Below are positions 32,353 through 42,652 of a stretch of DNA of 64,000 nt, piece after piece. Source of the stretch: Anaeromyxobacteraceae bacterium (lineage in GTDB: Bacteria; Myxococcota; Myxococcia; Myxococcales; Anaeromyxobacteraceae); contig JASGHJ010000002.1 in assembly GCA_047602405.1 (NCBI GenBank), positions 2,112,001-2,176,000 of the forward strand, in the 5' to 3' direction. The translations under genes and the position numbers were made by a program. A model generated the notes under the pieces. It did no database searches and was not told the DNA's origin. It was given only the letters and a program-made list of their open reading frames with translations. Numbering within the stretch: position 1 is the stretch's first letter; each line of letters begins with the position of its first letter.

Positions 32353-34375
32353 GGCACCCTGGAATCTCGGGCGGTGCCTCGGTTCGCGCGAGGGCTGGGC
32401 CTGAACGCCCTGTCAGGGGTTTGGCGTAGCGTGAAGATGTGAAAGTCGAGGCCAAGCGGACCCGCGGTCCGAACCGTCAGGAGCCCTGGGCGCGCCGCCC
32501 CGAGGACGGCGTGTCGGTCCTGCGGCTCGCGCTCGACGTCCGCGATCCCCTGCAGCGCAGGCGGCTCGAGCGGATGTTCTCGGACGCGTACCGGGTGCGG
32601 CGGGCGCTGCAGCGGGCAGCCCGCAGCCGCGCGCGGGCCTACTGGGCGGCGAGGCACGAACGGGCCCGGGACGGCGCGGGCACGCGCGACCGGCTCGGCC
32701 TGAGCCGCGACGCGCTCGAACACGCCGCCTACGCCTGCCTCGACGCGGCGCCTCACCTCCGGCGTTTCGTCACGAAGGCGCTCGCGATGCACCTCGCCGA
32801 CTCCGTCTGGTCGGCGGTGGAGCGGCACGTGTTCACCGACGCGACCGGGAAGCGTCAGGGGCTGCTCCACGTCGGGCGGTGGTTGGACTTTCGGAGGCTG
32901 CCCGGCCGAGCGCGCTCCCATACGAAGGAACGGAAGTGGGAGACCTTCCGGCTCCACGGCTCGCTCGGCGGTCATCGTGAGGCCGCGTCTTCGGCTCCAA
33001 CCGGGCGCGTCGACTGGTGGGCCTACCAAGGTCCGCTGGTGCTCGTGTTCAGCGGGCTCGCCGACGGCACGCTGGTCCTCCCGGTGCGGCTGCCGTCCGC
33101 TCCCTGCAACCAGACCATCCTCGACTACTACCTCGCCGACCCGAGCCTCTGGCACAAGGTCGATGTCGTCCGTACCCGAGCGCCGCACGCGCCGGGCGGC
33201 TGGCGCTACGAGGCCCACCTGATGGTGCTGAAGGAGCCCTACGTCTCGCCCTCGACGAGGGCACGCCGGGCGGAGGTCGCCCTCGCCGAGGTGGACCGGG
33301 TAGCGGGGGTGGACGTCAACGTGTCGAACCTGACCGTCGCCTCCCAGCTGGCGGGAGGCAATCTTCGGCTCACGCGGATCGAGCGCGACGCGGCCACGAA
33401 GGAGCGGGACCGTGCCCGGGGACGCCGCGAGCGTCGCAGGCAGCGGGCTCTGGAGCGGTCACGCCGCGCCGCGAACCAGGAGCAGTACCGGCTCTCGAAG
33501 CGCCAGGAGAAGCGCGCCCGTCGGCGCGCCGCCGCTGGCCTTTCGCCGGTGGAGGTCATCCCCCAGGGCCCGCGGGTCGCGAGGTCCAACGGCGTGCCGC
33601 TCCAGGCCTACCGGCGCGAACGGCTCACGCACAGTCACCGGAGGCTCCGGGCGGAGGAGGTCGCCGACGCCGCTGCTGCTTCGCAGGCCCGACGGGACCG
33701 TGCCCGGCGGGTGGCCGCGGAGGTCGTCCGCACGCACGGCTACAAGCTCTTCGTCGAGGAAGGCTCCATCTCCGCCTGGGCGCGAAACTGGGGCCGCGGC
33801 GTCGCCGCTTTCACGCCGGGCCTGCTCGTCTCGGCCATCGACCGCGAGGCCCAGGCGGTTGCATCGGTCGCCGAGGTCGCGGGCGGCGTCGTCCGGATCC
33901 CCACCCGCACGACCACGCTCTCCCAGCGCTGCCCCTGCGGCGCCCACGTACCGAAGACGCTCGCCGACCGGGTCCACCGCTGCCCGCACTGTGGCCTCGA
34001 AGGTGACCGCGACGCCGTCTCCGCGGTGCTCTCGAGCTTCGTCGTGCTCGACGGCCCCGGCGAACCCGCTTCGGCGCGCGTCGACTACGCCGCCGCGAAC
34101 CGCGCCCGCCTCGAAGCCCAGCGCCTCCTCACTCCCGATCAGCCTCTCGGGTGGCAAGACACCCGGTCCGAGTCAAACGACCTCTTCGTCCGCGAGGCCA
34201 GTTGCCCCGCGTGGCGGACGTCCACACCGGCCTCGTCGCCGGTGGCTCGGCGAACGCCGGAACGGCCACAGGCCCTACCCGGAATGAGCCTCTCTTACGA
34301 GAGTCCACGTCCGAGCGGGCCCGATGGCGAACCGGCATGCCCCACTCGCCGATTGGCGAATTATGGGACAGCTCT
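32176..34375. mobile_element. Non-autonomous TIR-bounded IS carrying a tnpB-like gene and an IS5-like transposase remnant
   Basis: Perfect TIRs AGAGCTGTCCCATAA (32176-32190) / TTATGGGACAGCTCT (34361-34375); TA duplicated at 32174-75 and 34376-77; reconstructed empty site CTAG; more A/T-ending codons than neighbouring genes. Confidence 0.88.
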
Positions 34376-34378
34376 TAG
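32439..34378 (+). CDS. tnpB: Large TnpB/Cas12-like RuvC RNA-guided endonuclease (about 646 aa if a 1-nt deletion near 34255 is restored)
   Basis: RuvC-I AGVDVNV (D292), Arg-rich helix, RuvC-II LFVEE (E440), CPCG..CPHC zinc ribbon, RuvC-III DRDAVSA (D525); shifted frame ends ELWDSS-TAG at the right TIR. Confidence 0.85.
34145..34375 (+). ncRNA. Candidate omega/reRNA scaffold overlapping the tnpB 3' tail
   Basis: Stems 34148-53/34160-65, 34187-93/34214-20, 34225-31/34238-44, 34290-94/34299-303 and 34346-50/34355-59 lie between RuvC-III and the right end. Confidence 0.45.
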
Positions 34379-34602
34379 TGCGGGTGCCCGCGCCGGTCGT
34401 TCGCGAACAGGCCGGCGAAGTCGCGCGGCTGCTCGTGCACGCGGAACAGGCGGCACTTCTCGCAGGACCAGCTGTCCCAGTCGAGCTTCACGGCCACGTC
34501 GAGGCAACCGTCGTAGTGCAGGCAGTAGAGGTTGCGGTGCCCCTGGACGGTCGTCTCGGAGCGGATCAGCTGGAGGAGTGGAGTGGGGTTCGGTGATTCC
34601 AC
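34375..34602 (-). CDS. Small Cys-rich hypothetical protein (75 aa)
   Basis: AGGAG RBS then GTG 34602; HRNLYCLHYDGCLD..WSCEKC. Confidence 0.7.
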   Translation of the reverse strand: MESPNPTPLLQLIRSETTVQGHRNLYCLHYDGCLDVAVKLDWDSWSCEKCRLFRVHEQPRDFAGLFANDRRGHPH

Positions 34603-34863
34603 GAGCTGTCTCCTGGTCGTCGAGGAGTGCAACGGCCACTCGCTCGGACGATTCCCTGCCGGGGTGCGTCGGTGGTGTGCGCGCATGGTGTGTCGCGGCC
34701 CGGTGCGGGGGGAAGCCCCCAGCGGGGCGGCGCGGACGCGGCACCTACATGAGTCCCGTGTTCACGCGACCTTGCCTGGGCTGGGTCATCCTGGCTGTAT
34801 CCTTCTGGGACGCGCCCGGCAGCCCTGTTTGCTCCTCCCGAAGGACGCGGCAAAGGATCACGG

Positions 34864-35298
34864 ATGACGCCCGACCCGACCTGCAGCGCATGCCGGCTCG
34901 CCTCCGGCGCGGAGGTGCCGCCGGGCGGGATCGTGCACCGCGAGGCCGGGCTCCTGCTCCACGCGATCCACGGCCCGAGCCCCCTGCCCGGCTGGCTCGT
35001 GCTCACGAGCGAGGTGCACGTGCGCGCCTGGCCGGACCTCCCGGCGCCGTCGCTCGCGGCGCTCGGGCCGCTCGCCGCCCGCGTGATGCGCGCCCAGCGG
35101 CACGTCCTCGGCGCGGAGCACGTCTACGCGTTCGCGATCGGCGACGTCGTGCGGCACTTCCACCTGCACCTCGTGCCGCGGTACGCGACGACGCCCGATC
35201 GGCTGCGCGGCCGCGGGGCGTTCGACGCCTCCCCCGCCGAGGCGCTCGCGCAGGACCTCCTCGCGGACGCCGCGGCGCGGGTCGCGCGGGCGCTCTGA
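34864..35298 (+). CDS. HIT-family hydrolase
   Basis: CSAC N-terminus; HFHLHLVPRY histidine triad. Confidence 0.88.
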   Translation: MTPDPTCSACRLASGAEVPPGGIVHREAGLLLHAIHGPSPLPGWLVLTSEVHVRAWPDLPAPSLAALGPLAARVMRAQRHVLGAEHVYAFAIGDVVRHFHLHLVPRYATTPDRLRGRGAFDASPAEALAQDLLADAAARVARAL

Positions 35299-35332
35299 GC
35301 GTTCACGCCCGGCGCGTCGAAGCACCGCGGGC

Positions 35333-36178
35333 TCAGGACGCGAGCAGCTCCGCGAAGCCTTCCCGGAAGCTCGGGTACCTGAGCTCGACGCCGAGCGTCT
35401 TCCGCGTCCACGCGGAGTGGATGCGCCGGTCCGGCCCGGGCGGCGGCGGAGACGACGTGCGGGGCGGCGGGATGCCGAGCCGCGCCGAGACCCACTCCAC
35501 GACCTCGCGCCGCCGCGGCGGCTGGGCGTCGCTCCCGTGGTAGACGGCGCCCGGCGCGCCGCGCTCGAGCGCCGCGAGCACGACCGCGACCGCGTCGTCC
35601 CGGTGGCAGAAGTTCATCCAGGCCTGGTCGCCGGGCCCGAGCGCGTGGCGACCCGCCCGGACGCGGTCGAGGAGCCCGGCGCGGCCCGGGCCGTAGAGCC
35701 CGGAGAGCCGCACCACCGTCGCGCGCAGCCCACCGCCGGCGCCCCCGCGGACGAGCGCCTCGGCCTCGGCGAGCACGGAGCCGGTCGGGCTCGCCGGCGC
35801 GGGCGGGGTCGACTCGTCCACGTCCGAGCCGTCGCGCTGGCCGAAGACGCCGGTCGAGCCCGTGTACACGAGCGCGTGCGCCCGGTGCCGGGCCGCCGCG
35901 ACGAGGAGCGCCCGGTTCGCGTCCACGTAGGCCGCGCGGTAGGCCTCGGCCGTGTCGCCGCCGGCCGACTGGCACGCCACGATCGCGTCCACCGCCGGCA
36001 CGCGGTCCGCCGCGCCCGGGGCGCCGAGGTCGAGCGCGAGCGGCTCCACGCCGAGCGCCGCCAGCTCCGCCGCGCGGGCGGGGTCGCGGCGCACGCCCGT
36101 GACCCGGTCGCCGCGCGCGACCAGCGCCCGGGCGACCGCCGTGCCGAGCCATCCGCAGCCTGCGACGAGGACGTGCAT
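35333..36178 (-). CDS. NAD-dependent epimerase/extended SDR (YeeZ-like)
   Basis: VAGCGWLG, GSTGVFG, RLSGLYGPGR, YPSFREG. Confidence 0.9.
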   Translation of the reverse strand: MHVLVAGCGWLGTAVARALVARGDRVTGVRRDPARAAELAALGVEPLALDLGAPGAADRVPAVDAIVACQSAGGDTAEAYRAAYVDANRALLVAAARHRAHALVYTGSTGVFGQRDGSDVDESTPPAPASPTGSVLAEAEALVRGGAGGGLRATVVRLSGLYGPGRAGLLDRVRAGRHALGPGDQAWMNFCHRDDAVAVVLAALERGAPGAVYHGSDAQPPRRREVVEWVSARLGIPPPRTSSPPPPGPDRRIHSAWTRKTLGVELRYPSFREGFAELLAS

Positions 36179-36232
36179 GTCTCGGTCTCCCGCTTAAGCT
36201 CCTCCCGGACACTTAGCGCCCCCGGAGCCGAC

Positions 36233-37063
36233 ATGCCACGCCTCACCGCCTCCTCCACCCTCACGCTGCGCGGCGGCGTCGAGATCCCGGTCATCGGGCT
36301 CGGCGTCTACCAGTCCCGGCCCGGCGCCGAGACCCGCGAGGCGGTGAAGTCGGCCCTCGGGCTTGGGTACCGGCACGTGGACACGGCCCGCGTCTACGGC
36401 AACGAGCGCGACGTGGCGAAGGGCATCGCCGACTCCGGCGTGCCGCGGGGCGAGGTCTTCGTCACGACGAAGCTCTGGAACTCCGATCACGGCTACGACG
36501 CGGCGCTCGCCGCGTGCGACCAGAGCCTCGCCCGCCTCGGCACCGACCGGCTCGACCTCTACCTCGTGCACTGGCCCGTGGAGCGGCTGCGCCACGACAC
36601 CTGGCGCGCGATGGAGCGGCTCCTCGAGGAGGGGAAGGTGCGGGCGATCGGCGTCTCGAACTACACGGTCCGGCACCTCGAGGAGCTGCTCGCCCGCTGC
36701 AACGTGCCGCCCGCCGTGAACCAGGTCGAGCTCCACCCGTTCCTCGTGCAGCGGGAGCTCAGGGACTTCTGCGCGAGGCACGGCATCGCCGTCGAGGCCT
36801 ACGCGCCGCTCGTGAAGGCGCAGCGGCTCGACCACCCCGTCATCGTCCGCGTCGCGAGGAAGCACGGCCGGACGCCCGCGCAGGTGCTCGTGCGCTGGGG
36901 CCTCGACCACGGGGTCATCACGATCCCGAAGTCGGTGAAGCCGGAGCGGCTCCAGGAGAACCTGGACGTCTTCGGCTTCGCGCTCGACGCGGACGACCTC
37001 GCGGCGCTCGACGCGCTCGACGAGAACTTCCGGACGAGCTGGGATCCGACCGAGGCGCCGTGA
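36233..37063 (+). CDS. Aldo/keto reductase
   Basis: GYRHVDTARVYGNE, TTKLWN, LYLVHWP, IGVSNY, IPKS. Confidence 0.95.
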   Translation: MPRLTASSTLTLRGGVEIPVIGLGVYQSRPGAETREAVKSALGLGYRHVDTARVYGNERDVAKGIADSGVPRGEVFVTTKLWNSDHGYDAALAACDQSLARLGTDRLDLYLVHWPVERLRHDTWRAMERLLEEGKVRAIGVSNYTVRHLEELLARCNVPPAVNQVELHPFLVQRELRDFCARHGIAVEAYAPLVKAQRLDHPVIVRVARKHGRTPAQVLVRWGLDHGVITIPKSVKPERLQENLDVFGFALDADDLAALDALDENFRTSWDPTEAP

Positions 37064-37090
37064 GGGATCGCCCGCGGCGGTCCTTCCTGC

Positions 37091-37144
37091 CCCGTTCGCC
37101 CCGAGCGTAGACACCGCGCAGCGGTGTCGGAGACGAGGGGCGGG
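37091..37144 (+). repeat. GTAG-type REP element
   Basis: CGCCCCGAGCGTAG-ACACCGC-GCA-GCGGTGT-CGGAGACGAGGGGCG. Confidence 0.85.
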
Positions 37145-37156
37145 AAATTCCCGCGC

Positions 37157-38035
37157 GTGCGCCCCGTAGTCCTCATCGTGCGCCGCGCGCTCCTCGCCGC
37201 CCTCCTCGCGCTCACGTCCTGCATGCCGCCGGCGTGGGGCGCGTCGGCGCTGCTCCACCCCACCCGCCGCCCGGCCCCGCCGGCACCGGCGGAGCCGCAC
37301 GAGGACCTCGCGTTCACGGGCGACGGCGGCGTCCCCCTGCGCGGCTGGCGCTTCGCCGCCGCGGCGCCCGCACGCGGCGTGACCGTGGTCTGGCTCCACG
37401 GCATCGGCGACACCCGCGCGTCCGCCGCCTGGCTCGCGCGGGAGCTCACGCCCGCGGGCTTCGACGTGCTCGCCTGGGACGCGCGCGCCCACGGCGAGTC
37501 GGGCGGCGCCGCCTGCACCTATGGTTACCTCGAGCGCCGGGACGTCTCACGCGCACTCGACGCCGCCGGGGTGAAGCGGGCCATCCTGGTCGGCCACTCG
37601 CTCGGCGCCGCGGTGGCGCTGCAGGCCGCGGCCGAGGACCCGCGCGTCGTCGGAGTCGTCGCGGTGTCCGCCTTCTCGGACCTCGCGACCATCGCCCGCG
37701 ACCGCGCACCCTGGTTCGCGAGCGACGCGGAGATCCGGGAGGCGTTCCGGATCGCCGAGCGGGAGGCCGGCCTCGTGGTCGCCGAGACGTCGCCCATCCT
37801 GTCGGCGCCACGCATTCACGCGGCCGTGCTGCTCGTCCACGGCGCCCTCGATCGGGACACCCTTCCAGAGCACTCGCGGCGGATCCTGGCGGCGCTCGCC
37901 GGCCCGAAGGAGCTGAGGCTCCTGCCTGGCGTGGGCCACAACGAGGCCTTCGGCGCGGCGTGGCCCGGCATCCGGAGCTGGCTCGAGGCTCTCGCGCCGG
38001 CCGGCGCGCTCACCGCTCCGTCACGAACGCCATGA
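37157..38035 (+). CDS. Alpha/beta hydrolase, possible lipoprotein (start uncertain)
   Basis: WLHGIG, DARAHGES, GHSLG nucleophile elbow, VHGALD, GHN. Confidence 0.85.
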   Translation: MRPVVLIVRRALLAALLALTSCMPPAWGASALLHPTRRPAPPAPAEPHEDLAFTGDGGVPLRGWRFAAAAPARGVTVVWLHGIGDTRASAAWLARELTPAGFDVLAWDARAHGESGGAACTYGYLERRDVSRALDAAGVKRAILVGHSLGAAVALQAAAEDPRVVGVVAVSAFSDLATIARDRAPWFASDAEIREAFRIAEREAGLVVAETSPILSAPRIHAAVLLVHGALDRDTLPEHSRRILAALAGPKELRLLPGVGHNEAFGAAWPGIRSWLEALAPAGALTAPSRTP

Positions 38036-38823
38036 CCTCGCGCCAGGTCGGGTGCGAGGCGCGCCAGTCGAGGCCGTTGTGCGTGGCGCCGGGCTCCAGC
38101 CAGAGGCGCTTCCGGCCCGGGTAGGCCTCGAAGAGCGCCCGGCCGAGGTCGGCGAAGGTGACCTCGTCCTCCTCGGCGACCACGAAGGCGACCGGCCCGG
38201 GGTACGACGGCAACGCGCGGTCCGTGCGCCAGGTGTCGCGCGCGAGGAAGCCCGGGAGCCAGGGGAAGTGGCGCCGCGCGACCGCGGGCACGCTCGCGAG
38301 CGGGGTCACGAGCACGAGGCCCGCGACGTCCTGCGGCGCGGCGGCTGCCAGCCGCGCGGCCACGGCCGAGCCCAGCGACTCCCCGAGCACGAACACCGGG
38401 CCTGGAGAGGCGCCGCGGGCCGCCGCGAGCGCCGCGCGCGCGGCGTCGAGGATGGCGCCCTCCCCCGGGTCGCCCGGCCGCGGGCCGTAGCCCGGGTACT
38501 CGCAGAGCACGACGTCGAGCGGGAGCGAGGGCGACGCCCGCGCGAACGCCTCGGCGATCAGGATCCGGTCCGCGGCGGAGCCGGCGTTCCCGTGGAAGAC
38601 GAGGAGCGTGCCGCGCGCGCCCGGCGTGGCGCGCCGCCAGCCGGCGAAGGTGCCGCCGGGTGTCCACGGCTCGAGGCCCACGTCCTCCGCCCTCCCGCGA
38701 ACCGCGTCGAGCGGGTAGCGGCTCGGGAAGTAGAGCAACCGGCGCTGGCCGAACCAGAATCGCGAGGGCCGCGGCGACGAGGACGGCGAGCGCGACGAGG
38801 GCGATGCGGAGGAGCGCGGACAC
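38010..38823 (-). CDS. Alpha/beta hydrolase (apparent +1 frameshift at 38757-38761)
   Basis: TM N-terminus joins QRRLLYFP; FHGNAG, EYPGYG, GESLG, ATHN. Confidence 0.85.
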
Positions 38824-38873
38824 GCCGGGACCCTACCGCCGCCGGCACTGCGGGTCACGATCCGGCCGCGGGC

Positions 38874-38903
38874 TTGCGCAGCACCCCGGCGGCTCGTTAT
38901 GCT
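38874..38903 (+). promoter_or_regulatory. Sigma-70-like promoter
   Basis: TTGCGC-N18-TATGCT; predicted start site falls at GTG 38911. Confidence 0.5.
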
Positions 38904-38910
38904 CCCCTCC

Positions 38911-38985
38911 GTGAACGTCGCGCGCACGAGCCTGCGATTTAGCGAGCCCCTGCCCCGTCCCGGGTGCAGGGCGGTTCGCGCGTAG
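38911..38985 (+). CDS. Putative leaderless leader peptide (24 aa) of an attenuator
   Basis: VNVARTSLRFSEPLPRPGCRAVRA*; overlaps mutually exclusive stems (38947-62 pairs with 38961-71 or with 39041-57). Confidence 0.45.
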   Translation: MNVARTSLRFSEPLPRPGCRAVRA

Positions 38986-39136
38986 CTCGGCAGCTCCGCA
39001 GCACCGCAGCGCGCTCCTCCGCTCCAGCTCCTCGATCGCTCGGGACCACGGCAGGGGTCGAACCTCGCCCTCCCCGTCCCTTCCCGTCCCGCGCCCGGCC
39101 TCGCCGGCGCCCCGAAGCCATCGAAGGAGCACCGCC

Positions 39137-40279
39137 GTGAAGATCCTGTCCGAATCCGCCCTCTCCCGCGCGCTCTCGCTGCGCGACCTCACCGACCCAT
39201 CCCAGGGGCCGCACGCCGTCCAGAAGGTCCTCGCCGCGGCCCAGGGCGCGCTCGAGCGCGCCTGGGCGCCCGAGGTCCGCCTCGAGCGGCGGAGCCCCAT
39301 CGTCTCCGTCACCGACAACTACGACGCGCTCCACTACCCGCCCGGCGGCGCCTCGCGCGACGCCCGCTACACGCGCCACGTCTCCGCGGGCACCGTGCTC
39401 CGGACGCAGACGTCTGCCATGATCCCGCCGACGCTGCGCGAGCTCGCCGCGCGCGGCCAGGAGAAGGACGTCCTCCTCGTCTGCCCCGGGCTCGTCTACC
39501 GCCGCGACATTCTCGACCGGCTCCACGTGGGCGAGCCGCACCAGGTGGACCTCTGGCGCATCCGGCGCGACGGGCCTCGGCTCGCGGTGCGCGACCTCGC
39601 CGAGATGATCACCCGGGTCGCGGACGCCGTCGCGCCCGGGCGGCCGGTGCGCGTGCTCCCGACCGACCACCCGTACACGGTCGAGGGGCGGCAGGTGGAC
39701 GTGAAGGTCGCAGGCGGCTGGATCGAGATCGGGGAGTGCGGCCTCGCTCTCCCGGAGCTGCTCCGCGAGAACGGGCTGCCGGAGAGCGCCTCCGGCCTCG
39801 CGATGGGGCTCGGGCTCGACCGGCTCGTGATGATCGCGAAGGGGCTCGACGACATCCGGCTGCTCCGCCACCCGGATCCCCGCATCGCTGCGCAGATGGT
39901 CGACCTCGGGCCGTGGCGCCCGGTCTCGAACCGGCCGCCGGTCCGGCGGGACCTGTCGCTCGCGGTCGCGGGCGACGCCGACGCCGAGGCGCTGGGCGAC
40001 CGTGTCCGCGAGGTGCTCGCCGAGCGCGCGCAGGACGTCGAGGCCGTGGAGGTGCTCTCCGAGACGCCCGGCGAGAAGCTCCCGGAGGCCGCCCGGGCGC
40101 GGCTCGGGCTGCGGGACGGCCAGAAGAACGTGCTGCTCCGGGTCGTGCTCCGCGCGCACGACCGCACGCTCACCGACGACGAGGCGAACCGCCTGCGCGA
40201 CGAGGTCTACGCGGCGCTGCACGAGGGGACCGAGTGGATGTGGGCGGCGGGGCCTGCGGCGCCTGCGCCCGCGGGGTGA
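39137..40279 (+). CDS. PheS-related orphan ligase with C-terminal FDX-ACB domain (SrmL-like)
   Basis: LRTQTSAM, PGLVYRRD..HQVD, WIEIGECG, GLAMGLGLDRL, then RRDLSL..DRTLTDDEAN. Confidence 0.85.
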   Translation: MKILSESALSRALSLRDLTDPSQGPHAVQKVLAAAQGALERAWAPEVRLERRSPIVSVTDNYDALHYPPGGASRDARYTRHVSAGTVLRTQTSAMIPPTLRELAARGQEKDVLLVCPGLVYRRDILDRLHVGEPHQVDLWRIRRDGPRLAVRDLAEMITRVADAVAPGRPVRVLPTDHPYTVEGRQVDVKVAGGWIEIGECGLALPELLRENGLPESASGLAMGLGLDRLVMIAKGLDDIRLLRHPDPRIAAQMVDLGPWRPVSNRPPVRRDLSLAVAGDADAEALGDRVREVLAERAQDVEAVEVLSETPGEKLPEAARARLGLRDGQKNVLLRVVLRAHDRTLTDDEANRLRDEVYAALHEGTEWMWAAGPAAPAPAG

Positions 40280-40296
40280 GAGGCGCGGACGCTCCT

Positions 40297-40941
40297 TCAC
40301 CGGGCCTGGAACTTGTCCAGCTCCGCCCGGAGCTCCCGGTACAGCTCCGGCGCCCAGGTGACGCCCGGCACCTCGGGCGCCGGGTGCCGGCGCAGATCGG
40401 TCGGAACGATGACCGCCGTGAACGCCTTCGGCCCCGCCGTGGCGGCGAGCCAGAAGAGCTCCTCGATGGGCCCGTCGCCGATGGCGATGCAGCCGATCGA
40501 GACGGCGTTGCCGTGGATGTAGATGTCACCGCCGAGGCGCTTCCGGCCCTCCTTCGCGGCACGCCGGCGGTCGGCGGCGTTCGGGTAGCCGACGCGCATC
40601 GAGAGGTGGAAGTTGCTGTTCGGGTTGAGCGACTCGATGGCGTGGACGCCCTCCGGCACCTGCAGGTCGCCCTCGCGGAGCTTCGGCCCCGGGCCGCCGC
40701 TCGCGGCGAGGATGGGCCAGGCCCTCACGAGCACCCGCCGCTCCCCGCGCGCGGCCCAGAGCTCGAGCCGCCGCTCGTCCTTCACGCCGAGCAGCCACAG
40801 GCGCGCGGGCTTCTCCGGCACGCCCGCGTCCACGAGCGCGGCACGCATGCGGGCGCCGGCGGTCGCGTCCACCTGCGCGACCACGCCGTCCACGGTGGCG
40901 CCGCCGGAGAGCAGGACGGCGAGCGCGAGGGCCGCGAGCAC
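40297..40941 (-). CDS. L,D-transpeptidase (YkuD)-family protein
   Basis: GPKLREGDLQVPEG, YPNAAD, IYIHGNAVSIGCIA. Confidence 0.88.
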   Translation of the reverse strand: MLAALALAVLLSGGATVDGVVAQVDATAGARMRAALVDAGVPEKPARLWLLGVKDERRLELWAARGERRVLVRAWPILAASGGPGPKLREGDLQVPEGVHAIESLNPNSNFHLSMRVGYPNAADRRRAAKEGRKRLGGDIYIHGNAVSIGCIAIGDGPIEELFWLAATAGPKAFTAVIVPTDLRRHPAPEVPGVTWAPELYRELRAELDKFQAR

Positions 40942-40944
40942 CCC

Positions 40945-42585
<1,641 letters not shown>

Positions 42586-42652
42586 AGGGACCCACATCCT
42601 GGCATCGCCCCGCCTCTTGTCACGCACTCGATCGGGCCCGACAATCGCCCGC

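Noticed and set aside
32206..32442. 78-aa plus-strand ORF upstream of tnpB
   Set aside because: It is the in-register antisense of the transposase remnant and has no recognisable motifs.
32121..34860. Type V CRISPR-Cas locus around the RuvC gene
   Set aside because: No repeat-spacer array or cas1/cas2 in the flanks; the gene is bounded by TIRs instead.
32439..35543. 1034-aa TnpB fusion ORF
   Set aside because: It reads through the right TIR and over two other genes with junk composition; the shifted frame ends at the TIR in LWDSS*, mirroring the left end, so a 1-nt deletion near 34255 explains it.
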